NCBI GenBank assembly: GCA_016196885.1 | Contig: JACPWU010000038.1 | Span: forward strand, 55,895-87,894 | Reading direction: 5' to 3' | Source: Chlamydiota bacterium | Lineage (GTDB): Bacteria > Auribacterota > JACPWU01 | DNA: 32,000 bases | Part shown: positions 8,361 through 16,181 of the stretch, piece by piece | Layout of the letters: every line of letters begins with the position of its first letter | Numbering within the stretch: position 1 is the stretch's first letter | Made by a program: the position numbers and the translations under genes | The notes under the pieces: model-generated | Seen by the model: only the letters and a program-made list of their open reading frames with translations | Database searches by the model: none | What the model was told of the DNA's origin: nothing

Positions 8361-10004
8361 ATGCTTCGTCGTTTTTTGATATTTTTGATTCTGTTGAATT
8401 TTTTACCCGCCTGGGCTGAAGACCGTTTGGTCTCGATCAATTTCGAAAATGCGGATTTGCGCCTTGTGATTAAATTTGTGAGCGAGATGACGGGAGAGAA
8501 TTTTGTCGTGGATGAGGCGGTGAAGGGCTCTGTGACGGTGGTAGCGCCCAGCAAGATTTCCGTGGACGAGGTGCGTCCTGTGCTGGAATCCGTTTTGAAG
8601 GCCAGTGGTTATGTCATGGTGCCATCGGGCCCTATTACGAAGGTGGTTCCTTTGGAAACAGCCTATCAGGAAAGTACCGAAACCGTTCCTCAGGGGGGCG
8701 CTGTTTCTTTCGGGGAAAATTTTGTGACTCAAATTTTTCCGCTGAAATCGGCCGATGCCGAAAAAATGTCGGGCATTATCCATTCCTTTCTCACCCGAGG
8801 AGGATATGTCACTTTTTATGGGCCGACGAACACCCTGATTGTTTCAGACAGTGCCAGCAACATGAATCGTATTCAGCAGATTTTAAAGAATCTCGACCAG
8901 GGCCCAAGCGCCGCTTTGGAAGAGGTGTATGTGTATTCCCTCAAAAATGCGGATGTCCAGAATGTGGCCCAGGTGCTCACTCAGCTTTTTGAAAAGGAAG
9001 GGGCTTCTTCCGGAAGTGCCGAAAACAAGACCCCGTGGGTAGTGGCCGATCCCATGACGAATGCCCTTTTGATTCATGCATCGCGTGAAAAATATTTGGC
9101 AATGAAAAAGGCCATTCGAAAATTGGACGCGCCCAAGAAGCAGATTTTAGTGGAGGTGTTGGTGGCCGAGGTGAACATTGATCAGACAGAGAAAATGGGG
9201 ATTGAATGGGCGACGGTAGAGGGCGTTGTTTACGGCTCTCAGGAGGGGTTTGGTGGGGACCGGGTCCATCAATCAGATGATATTGCGCATAACGTTCTGA
9301 CGGGAGGAAAATTTGAAGGAACCTCGGCTGCCTATCTTCATGACACGCTTTCGGTTGGAACGCTCTCGATCCCTCGATTGGGAATTTTGATCAATGCCTT
9401 TCGGAATCATTCCAATATCAATATTCTCTCAACGCCTCAACTTTTGACCACGGATCATTCTGAGGCCGAAATTTTAGTGGGAGAAAACAGGGCCTTCATT
9501 AAGAATGCCCAAGTGACGCCTGAGGGAAGCACGGTTCGAACTTTTGAATTTAAAGATATTGGACTTTCTCTCAAACTGAGGCCCCATATTGCGGCCGATG
9601 GCTGGGTGCGCATGGAGGTTCAACAGAAGGTGGAAGATGTGATTGGACAATCTTTCGAGGGAGCCGTGGAGACCTCGAAGCGAGAGGCGAGGACCCTCAT
9701 CACCGTGAAAGATTCTCAAACGGCTGTGATTGGGGGATTGATCCGTGAACGCAAGGACAAGGTCATTCACAAAGTTCCAATTTTGGGGGATATCCCTCTT
9801 TTAGGCCTTCCCTTTACGCGCATTGCAAATGAGACTGTGAAAACGAATCTCCTCATTTTTATTTGTCCGCATATTTTGGATTCTGAGCAAGCCATTTCAC
9901 AGATGACAGAGAAGAAGCGGGCGCAGGCTGGAATGACGTTGGAAAAGCAGAAGACAGAGGACAGAATTCAGAATTCAGAAGGCAGAATCCAGAATAAAAA
10001 CTAA
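8361..10004 (+). CDS. gspD: secretin (type II secretion system protein D family)
   Basis: Signal peptide. N0 domain INFENADLRLVIKFVSEMTGENFVV. Secretin core ILSTPQLLTTDHSEAEILVG ... VPILGDIPLLGLPF. Confidence 0.85.
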   Translation: MLRRFLIFLILLNFLPAWAEDRLVSINFENADLRLVIKFVSEMTGENFVVDEAVKGSVTVVAPSKISVDEVRPVLESVLKASGYVMVPSGPITKVVPLETAYQESTETVPQGGAVSFGENFVTQIFPLKSADAEKMSGIIHSFLTRGGYVTFYGPTNTLIVSDSASNMNRIQQILKNLDQGPSAALEEVYVYSLKNADVQNVAQVLTQLFEKEGASSGSAENKTPWVVADPMTNALLIHASREKYLAMKKAIRKLDAPKKQILVEVLVAEVNIDQTEKMGIEWATVEGVVYGSQEGFGGDRVHQSDDIAHNVLTGGKFEGTSAAYLHDTLSVGTLSIPRLGILINAFRNHSNINILSTPQLLTTDHSEAEILVGENRAFIKNAQVTPEGSTVRTFEFKDIGLSLKLRPHIAADGWVRMEVQQKVEDVIGQSFEGAVETSKREARTLITVKDSQTAVIGGLIRERKDKVIHKVPILGDIPLLGLPFTRIANETVKTNLLIFICPHILDSEQAISQMTEKKRAQAGMTLEKQKTEDRIQNSEGRIQNKN

Positions 10005-10058
10005 AATTCATTATTATTTGCTTTTATTCTGAATTCTGACTTCTGTCTTCTGAATTCT
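9948..10058. repeat. heptad-arm hairpin (7x AANNCAG-type units versus CTGAATT CTGACTT CTGTCTT CTGAATT)
   Basis: The left arm lies inside the gspD 3' end. The stop TAA 10002-10004 lies in the loop. Same unit family as 29649-29728. Confidence 0.8.
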
Positions 10059-10070
10059 AAGATTGGAACC

Positions 10071-11519
10071 ATGAAACCTGAAACTATTTCACATCCTGCA
10101 ATAAGAGAAATTGCAATCGAACAAATTCCTCAAAATGTTCTTGAAAAGGTTTCTCTTGAGTATTTGCTTGCTTTTCGTCTGCTTCCTATTGAGTGGTTGG
10201 ATGGTAAATTAAAATTGGCAGTGACTCGTCCTTATCCTTTCTACCCCATTGATAATTTGGCTTTGGCTCTCAATGCCTCTGTCGAAATTTTTCTGATGGA
10301 AGAAAAACGCATTGAGCAAACCTTAAGAAGGTTGATGGAATCACGTTTGAAAAGCACCCAAGGGGTTTTAAGGGACCTTCGTCTCGATCTGGGACCTGAG
10401 TCTCGCGAATTGAGAGAAGATTTGATTCGGGATCCGAGTGAAGCTCCTATTGTGCGCATGGTTAATTCTATTTTGCTAGAGGCCGTTCAAAAAAAGGCGA
10501 CAGACATTCATTTTCATCCTCAATCCTCAGGCCTTTCGGTTCTTTACCGCAACGATGGGCTCTTACATGAAATGCATCAAATTTCTCAAGGAATGCAAGA
10601 GGGTGTGATTGCAAGATTAAAAGTAATGGCAAAATTAGATGTGACTCAAAAGCGATTGCCGCAGGATGGGCGTATTTCACTCAAATCTGCGGACAGAGAA
10701 GTCGAGGTGAGGGTATCTGCAGTTCCCACGCTTCAAGGAGAAAGATTGGTGCTGAGGCTTTTGGATCGTGAGAATCTCCTTTTAAAAGCGCGTGATTTGG
10801 GCATGAAAGAGAAGGATTATCAATCTTTAAGGGTCTTGATGGATCGGCCGACCGGAATGATTCTCGTCACGGGTCCCACGGGAAGTGGGAAAACCACGAC
10901 GCTTTATTCCTTTATTTCCGAAATGGATTTGGAAAAAAGGAATGTCATGACCATTGAGGATCCGGTTGAATACAAAATAGAAGGGATCACTCAAATGCCC
11001 GTAAAGCCAACTCTTGGCCTTACCTTCGCTCAGGGTTTAAGGGCTATTTTGCGCCAGGATCCGGATGTGATTTTGGTGGGGGAAATTCGCGATCAAGAAA
11101 CCGCGCAAATTGCGATTCGCTCAGCCCTCACCGGGCATTTGGTGCTGAGTACGCTTCATACTACAGATGCCCCGGGGGCGATCACGCGCCTCATGGATAT
11201 TGGGATGGAGCCCTACCTTATTTCTTCGGCTTTGATGGCGGTGATTTCGCAACGTTTGGTCAGAAAAATTTGTGGATCTTGTCACGGCTCAGGGTGCGAT
11301 CAGTGTTTTTTAACCGGTTTTAAGGGGCGCACCGGCGTTTTTGAATATCTTCCTTTGGATGATGATTTTCGAGAGAAAATTTCAGAGCAGCAAGATGTGA
11401 CGAGCCTTCGCCGGGAAATGAAGAGAAAGGGAATTTGTAGCTTAGAAGAGGAGGCTCGAGAAAAGGTGCTGCAGGGAGTGACCACAGAGAAAGAAATTTT
11501 AAGGGTGATGGGGGTGTGA
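10071..11519 (+). CDS. gspE: GspE/PilB family secretion ATPase
   Basis: Walker A GPTGSGKTTT, Asp box, Walker B ILVGEIRD, His box LSTLHT, and a C-terminal CGSC...C..C zinc site. Confidence 0.88.
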   Translation: MKPETISHPAIREIAIEQIPQNVLEKVSLEYLLAFRLLPIEWLDGKLKLAVTRPYPFYPIDNLALALNASVEIFLMEEKRIEQTLRRLMESRLKSTQGVLRDLRLDLGPESRELREDLIRDPSEAPIVRMVNSILLEAVQKKATDIHFHPQSSGLSVLYRNDGLLHEMHQISQGMQEGVIARLKVMAKLDVTQKRLPQDGRISLKSADREVEVRVSAVPTLQGERLVLRLLDRENLLLKARDLGMKEKDYQSLRVLMDRPTGMILVTGPTGSGKTTTLYSFISEMDLEKRNVMTIEDPVEYKIEGITQMPVKPTLGLTFAQGLRAILRQDPDVILVGEIRDQETAQIAIRSALTGHLVLSTLHTTDAPGAITRLMDIGMEPYLISSALMAVISQRLVRKICGSCHGSGCDQCFLTGFKGRTGVFEYLPLDDDFREKISEQQDVTSLRREMKRKGICSLEEEAREKVLQGVTTEKEILRVMGV

Positions 11520-11527
11520 ATCTAAGA

Positions 11528-11672
11528 GGGGCCTGTCCCTCCTCACCCCCACCGTCGGCACATGTAGTTATAGCCCCTGTGGGGTCGGTGTCGGGCGTGC
11601 GATAGATGGGAGCATTGGAATCTAGGCCTCCACCTGCTGGCGCACGGTGGGGAACCCCCAGTCGGGCCACCC
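11528..11672. repeat. modular GC-rich intergenic repeat, copy B
   Basis: See copy A. Also shares the 16-nt ATAGCCCCTGTGGGGT with 15255-15270. Ends 25 nt before ATG 11698. Confidence 0.75.
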
Positions 11673-11697
11673 TCTTATATGAGGAAAAGGAGGTCGT

Positions 11698-12144
11698 ATG
11701 AAACTCAGATTTTTTGCTGCTTTCATGTTGATGGGGATGTGTGCGATGGCTGAGGATGTGAAAAATGATTGGCAACTCACGATGACGTACGAAGGAGGAT
11801 ATTCTCCGGTGAAGGAGGTCCAGATTCAGATTTTTGAGCAGAGAGACGGCGTTCATTATTCTAAACATCTTGAATATTATGATGAAACAGAGGGGCCCGT
11901 TCACAGGGAGGGTACAGTTTCTGAAGAGGACTTTTCAAATCTCATGGGCCTTTTGGAGAAAAATGAAATTTGGACACTGAAAGATTTGAAGGACCGTGTG
12001 GCCACCGATGGTTTTACTTATGTGATTGAAATTAAGACGCGAGAAAAATCCAATCGCTTTGAGGTCTATTTCCCCGAGCTTCAGCCGGATAGACGCTACA
12101 AAAACATTGTGAAGGCTGTAAAGAGTGCAATGGGAGAATCTTGA
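11698..12144 (+). CDS. hypothetical small secreted protein
   Basis: Strong SD (AAGGAGG) and an N-terminal signal peptide, MKLRFFAAFMLMGMCAMA-ED. I recognise no family motif. Confidence 0.6.
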   Translation: MKLRFFAAFMLMGMCAMAEDVKNDWQLTMTYEGGYSPVKEVQIQIFEQRDGVHYSKHLEYYDETEGPVHREGTVSEEDFSNLMGLLEKNEIWTLKDLKDRVATDGFTYVIEIKTREKSNRFEVYFPELQPDRRYKNIVKAVKSAMGES

Positions 12145-12164
12145 TTTTTCTCGAGAAGGATTCT

Positions 12165-13904
12165 ATGCGGGAAGCATCCACGCTTGAAAAAATTTGGAAG
12201 GTGAAACCTGTTCCGGATCCGGCGCTCTTTCTCCCGCTGTCTGAAATTCTAAAAATCTCTCCCTCTGTTTCAAAGCTCCTCATCCAGCGCGGGATTAAAA
12301 CGATTGAAGAGGCACAATCTTTTACCGCCTGTCGTCTCAAGGATTTATCGGACCCTTATCTCTTTGAAGGCATGGATAGGGCGGTAGCGAGGATTTTGAA
12401 GGCCTTGCAAGGCAAGGAAAAAATTCTGGTGCATGGAGATTATGATGTGGACGGGATTACAGGAACATCCCTGCTCTGTGATGTTTTTCGAAGAGCGGGT
12501 CTTCAAGCGGAGCCCTATATTCCGGATCGTGTGAATGAAGGATATGGCGTGAGCCGAGGGGCCATTGAGAAATCCTTGAGGGAAAATTTTCGACTGATGA
12601 TTACGGTAGATTGCGGCGGCACGGCTTTTGAAGAAATAGATGAAGCGACGAGCCGAGCCTTAGATGTCATTGTGGTGGATCATCATGAGTTGAAAGAAAA
12701 ACTTCCGTCCTGTCTGGCATTGATTCATCCGAGGCGAATGGTGGGCTCAGCAAAATCTTCGCCTTTGGCCGCTGTCGGCGTGGCTTTTAAATTGGCTCAT
12801 GGTCTTGTGAAGGAAGGTTTAAAGCGCGGAGAATCCTGGGCCTCCAAGATGGACTTAAGAGATTTTCTGGATCGTGTGGCCATTGGGACCCTTGCCGATC
12901 TTGTTCCTTTAAGGGGTGAGAATAGAATTTTTGTGAAACAAGGATTAGAAAGGCTTTCTCAAACAAAATGTATGGGGCTTGCGGCATTGCTCGAAAAAAT
13001 TGGAATGGTAGGAAAAGAGCTTACCCCCGTGGACATTGGATTTAAAATTGCACCTCGCATGAATGCGGCGGGCCGCGTAGGGACGGCTTATGACACGGTG
13101 AATTTGCTTCTCTCTCAAAGCAAAGAAGAGGTAGAATACTTGGCTGAGAGTTTGGATGAAAACAATAAAAAAAGGCAATGGATTGAGCAGCAAACGTACG
13201 AAGAGGCCGTTCGTCTTTTGGAAACTCAAGCCTCTCGTGGAGAGGATTGGGTTGTGGTTCTTCATCAAGATGAGTGGCCCTTAGGGGTGATTGGCATTGT
13301 GGCCTCCAGAATCGTGAAATTGTGTCATCGTCCCACCTTTATTATTTCTTCGGATGACACCTTAGGCAAAGGATCGGCTCGAAGCATTCGGGGTTTTCAT
13401 TTGTGCGAGGCCTTGAAGGTTTGTGAAAATTCTCTGGAGGGATATGGCGGCCATGCCTATGCCGCCGGCATTAAAATTAAGAAAGAAAAAATTTCAGAGT
13501 TTCGTAAAGCGATCAACGATCATGCCCAAAAAATTCTGGCTCCGGAAGATTTTCTCCCGAGCCTTGAGGCCGATTTAGAAATTCCTTTGAGTGAGATCTC
13601 TTTAAAATTGGCTCAAGAAATTGAAAGAATAGGTCCTTTTGGTCAGGAAAATCCTTCTCCACTTTTTATCAGTCGGGATCTCGAATTAGCGCGACCTGCC
13701 CAAGGGGTGGGGAAAAATCATCTCAAATTGTGGTTGAGGCAAGACGGATCCATGCTAGAGGCCATGGCCTTTGGCATGGGGGATTTGCTTCCTCAATTTT
13801 CCAATCGCTCGGGCCCTTTTCATGCGGCCTATGAAATTGTGATGAACTATTATGGCGGAGAAAAAAAGGTGCAGCTGAATGTAAGGGATTTGAAGTTTTC
13901 TTAG
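12165..13904 (+). CDS. recJ: single-stranded-DNA-specific exonuclease RecJ
   Basis: DHH motifs (HGDYDVDGITG, VDHH) and DHHA1 GGHAYAAG. ATG 12165 follows GAGAAGGA. Confidence 0.9.
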   Translation: MREASTLEKIWKVKPVPDPALFLPLSEILKISPSVSKLLIQRGIKTIEEAQSFTACRLKDLSDPYLFEGMDRAVARILKALQGKEKILVHGDYDVDGITGTSLLCDVFRRAGLQAEPYIPDRVNEGYGVSRGAIEKSLRENFRLMITVDCGGTAFEEIDEATSRALDVIVVDHHELKEKLPSCLALIHPRRMVGSAKSSPLAAVGVAFKLAHGLVKEGLKRGESWASKMDLRDFLDRVAIGTLADLVPLRGENRIFVKQGLERLSQTKCMGLAALLEKIGMVGKELTPVDIGFKIAPRMNAAGRVGTAYDTVNLLLSQSKEEVEYLAESLDENNKKRQWIEQQTYEEAVRLLETQASRGEDWVVVLHQDEWPLGVIGIVASRIVKLCHRPTFIISSDDTLGKGSARSIRGFHLCEALKVCENSLEGYGGHAYAAGIKIKKEKISEFRKAINDHAQKILAPEDFLPSLEADLEIPLSEISLKLAQEIERIGPFGQENPSPLFISRDLELARPAQGVGKNHLKLWLRQDGSMLEAMAFGMGDLLPQFSNRSGPFHAAYEIVMNYYGGEKKVQLNVRDLKFS

Positions 13905-13920
13905 GAAGAGGAGTAGGTTT

Positions 13921-14020
13921 AATGACAAATGACCTATTCCAAATGTCAAATGAACGACCCATGACTTAATGTCCAATTGAACATTGGCTCATTGGAAATT
14001 AATTTGACATCGGTTATTGG
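13921..14020. repeat. heptad-periodic tract (AATGACA AATGACC TATTCCA AATGTCA AATGAAC) with partial inverted partner
   Basis: ATGTCAAAT 13943-13951 pairs with ATTTGACAT 14002-14010. Local palindrome CCAATtgaacATTGG. Confidence 0.45.
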
Positions 14021-14029
14021 GAATTAGGA

Positions 14030-15208
14030 ATGGATATTGTTATGCCCTTTTACGAATATCAAGGTCTAGACAAATCAGGAAAGGCCCAGAATGGCTTCTT
14101 AGAAGCTGAAAATCCGAAAGCAGCGAAACTCATCCTTTTTGAAAAGGCCATTACCGTGGTGCGCCTTCAGGCTGTTGAGAAAAAGTCTAGGATGAGAAGG
14201 CCTTCCCTCTCACAACTTGTGATCATCGTTCGACAATGGGCCCTGCTTCTTAAAATAGGATTTACATTGGATGATGCCCTTGTCAGTGTAGCTCAATCCT
14301 GTTCCAAAAACTCTGTGCGAAAAGCCCTTTTCTTAAGCGCACATCGGCTCCAAGAGGGACACAGTTTAGAAGAGGTCTTCAAGGGAAGTGGGATTCTCGA
14401 TGAATTATCTTTAAGAATCTTGGTTGTCGCTGAAAAGTCAGGCAAGTTAACACAGGTGTTGGAATTTTTAGCAACATATTATGAGGAAAAGATAGGTTTT
14501 CGCAACCGGTGGATCGAGGCCATGATTTATCCAGCCATTTTGCTCGTGACAAGTCTTGGGGTCATGGTGCTTGTCTTTCAATGGGTTTTCCCCTCTTTTA
14601 TACAGCTCTTTCAAGAGACCCATAGGCCCCTTCCCAAAATCACGCGGATGATCTTATCTATGGGACATGTATTCTCAAACCATGGTGTCTTGGGGTCGAT
14701 CGTTGGGATCGCAGGTGGTTTTGGAATTTACCATCTTTATCGCAAAAGAAAAACAAGCTGGACGAAGTGGATTTCAAATGTGCGGGGTCTTGGGCCTCTC
14801 TTTAAAAAGAAAAACGCGTGTCAGGTCACACGTCAGCTTGGAATTTTGCTTGCGAGCGGATTTTCACTTTCAGAATCTCTAGCCTTAGCAGGGAAAGGAG
14901 AGCCCCTGGTTGAAGAAGAACTTTCTAGACTTAAAATTTATTTGGAGGAAGGGGAATCTTGGGATAAAGAGGAAAACCAGAGCATTGCATTTCCTCCCGA
15001 TTTTCTAAAAATGCTTTCCTTTGGATTTCGAAGTGGAGAATTGATAGAGGCATGCCTTAGAATTTCAAAATATTATGAAGAGGATTTAAAAGTACTGCTT
15101 ACCCGATGCACCACCCTGGCGGGTCCCCTTTTTCTTCTTCTCGTCGGATGCCTCATCGCCTTTTTGGTGATCGGCGTCGTGCTCCCCATTTTCAGTTGGA
15201 CGGTTTAA
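14030..15208 (+). CDS. gspF: type II secretion system F family inner-membrane platform protein
   Basis: Two GspF-type repeats with 3 TM segments. Typical N-terminus, FYEYQGLDKSGKAQNG. Alternative start at ATG 14042. Confidence 0.82.
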   Translation: MDIVMPFYEYQGLDKSGKAQNGFLEAENPKAAKLILFEKAITVVRLQAVEKKSRMRRPSLSQLVIIVRQWALLLKIGFTLDDALVSVAQSCSKNSVRKALFLSAHRLQEGHSLEEVFKGSGILDELSLRILVVAEKSGKLTQVLEFLATYYEEKIGFRNRWIEAMIYPAILLVTSLGVMVLVFQWVFPSFIQLFQETHRPLPKITRMILSMGHVFSNHGVLGSIVGIAGGFGIYHLYRKRKTSWTKWISNVRGLGPLFKKKNACQVTRQLGILLASGFSLSESLALAGKGEPLVEEELSRLKIYLEEGESWDKEENQSIAFPPDFLKMLSFGFRSGELIEACLRISKYYEEDLKVLLTRCTTLAGPLFLLLVGCLIAFLVIGVVLPIFSWTV

Positions 15209-15215
15209 CCCGCAC

Positions 15216-15387
15216 TTCTCATCATCACCTGTCATTCCCGCAGGCTTCAACGAAATAGCCCCTGTGGGGTAAGCGGGAATCCAGGGTTTTACACTCACTC
15301 TGGATCCCCGACAAAACATGTCCCCGAGTGTTTGAGTCGGGGAACACTCGGGGATGACAAGCTGTAGGCATTTTGAGCTCGTGATGA
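15216..15387. repeat. composite of GC-rich palindromic units (REP-like)
   Basis: ATTCCCGC 15234-41 / GCGGGAAT 15273-80. CCCCtgtGGGG 15259-69. Perfect 12-bp stem TCCCCGAGTGTT 15321-32 / AACACTCGGGGA 15343-54. The outer TTCTCATCA..C / GTGATGAGAA are inverted. Confidence 0.7.
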
Positions 15388-15514
15388 GAAACATTCATGC
15401 CGACTGAGGTCGGCACAAAGGGGGATGAAAATCACCCTTGTAGTCGCCCCATTTATGGGGCGGTCTATGACATTGTGGCATTGGGCATTGCCCGATAAAT
15501 CGGGCGACTACAAG
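15388..15514. repeat. 127-nt structured repeat, copy 1
   Basis: 125/127 identical to 31868-31994. Contains hairpins TGCCGACtgagGTCGGCA, CGCCCCAtttaTGGGGCG and GCCCGAtaaaTCGGGC, enclosed by CTTGTAGTCG / CGACTACAAG. Confidence 0.9.
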
Positions 15515-15781
15515 TCATCATGAGTCATTGTATAAGAAAGAGTAAAGACTATTTTCAGATGAAATGCGGTTTAAAGCTATATTTCAAACACGGAATTGTT
15601 CAACGCCTACTTTAAAATTTTCTTGGCATATCCAGAAATGTCGTTTTTGAGAAGCCATGGGAGAGTGACAGAACAATCCAAAACAAATTTCACGGACGCC
15701 CTTCTCCCATTAGTTTTCGAGTAGATAAATCAGAGCATTTTTTTTGGGTAATGAGTTAGAAACTAAAAGCGAAGGCCTGCC

Positions 15782-16012
15782 TTAAGCGGCTTTTAAAACT
15801 TTTTGTGCCTTCAGGCATTTGGTGCAGACACGGACGCTTTGAATCGTTCCATCAATCAAGGCTCTGATTCTTTGGAGATTGGGAAGGAATCTTCTTCTTG
15901 TAATGCCCGTGAGGTTTTCTCCGACGCCGCCTTTTCTCTTGGCCAGACCTCTGCGGGAGATTTTATTGCCTGAAAGAGGTTTTTTTCCACAAACCACACA
16001 AATTTTTGCCAT
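15782..16012 (-). CDS. rpmB: 50S ribosomal protein L28 (Cys-containing form)
   Basis: MAKICVVCGKKP ... RRRFLPNLQ ... VCTKCLK. Confidence 0.88.
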   Translation of the reverse strand: MAKICVVCGKKPLSGNKISRRGLAKRKGGVGENLTGITRRRFLPNLQRIRALIDGTIQSVRVCTKCLKAQKVLKAA

Positions 16013-16074
16013 AATCTTCTCGCTCCAGTTCTATAATGGAGGTGCAATCTGACATAGTTGTAGTAAAAAGTCAA

Positions 16075-16170
16075 CGATAATCAGTCGTTCGATAATCAGT
16101 CGTTCGTCGTCTGTCGTTCGTCGCTCGTACGAAATACGAACGACGGACGACGAACGACGAATGACGAATG
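16075..16170. repeat. 15-nt tandem duplication followed by heptad-arm hairpin (CGTTCGT-type versus ACGAACG-type units)
   Basis: CGATAATCAGTCGTT x2 at 16075-16104. About 25 of 33 arm positions pair, around loop CGAAA. Lies between the divergent rpmB and recG starts. Confidence 0.8.
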
Positions 16171-16181
16171 AAGGGATTTAA

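Noticed and set aside
9948-10058. Possibility that the short tandem units or the duplicated 127-nt element represent a CRISPR array
   Set aside because: The units are 7-8 nt with no spacers. The 127-nt copies are 16.5 kb apart. No cas genes are present.
11320-11904. 194-aa minus-strand ORF spanning the gspE 3' end, repeat copy B and the start of the small secreted protein gene
   Set aside because: It overlaps two better-supported plus-strand genes. It is Pro/Gly/Arg/His-rich where it crosses the GC-rich repeat, and it has no recognisable motif. It looks like a read-through artefact of repeat DNA.
15515-15781. Housekeeping ncRNA (tmRNA, RNase P RNA, SRP RNA, 6S) in the long non-coding stretch after gspF
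   Set aside because: I found none of the conserved signature sequences or the overall architectures of these RNAs by eye.
16041-16074. rpmB promoter (TTGACT at 16074-16069 on the minus strand, 17-nt spacer, CAGATT)
   Set aside because: The -10 hexamer matches the consensus at only 3 of 6 positions and there is no supporting evidence, so it is too weak to report as a feature.
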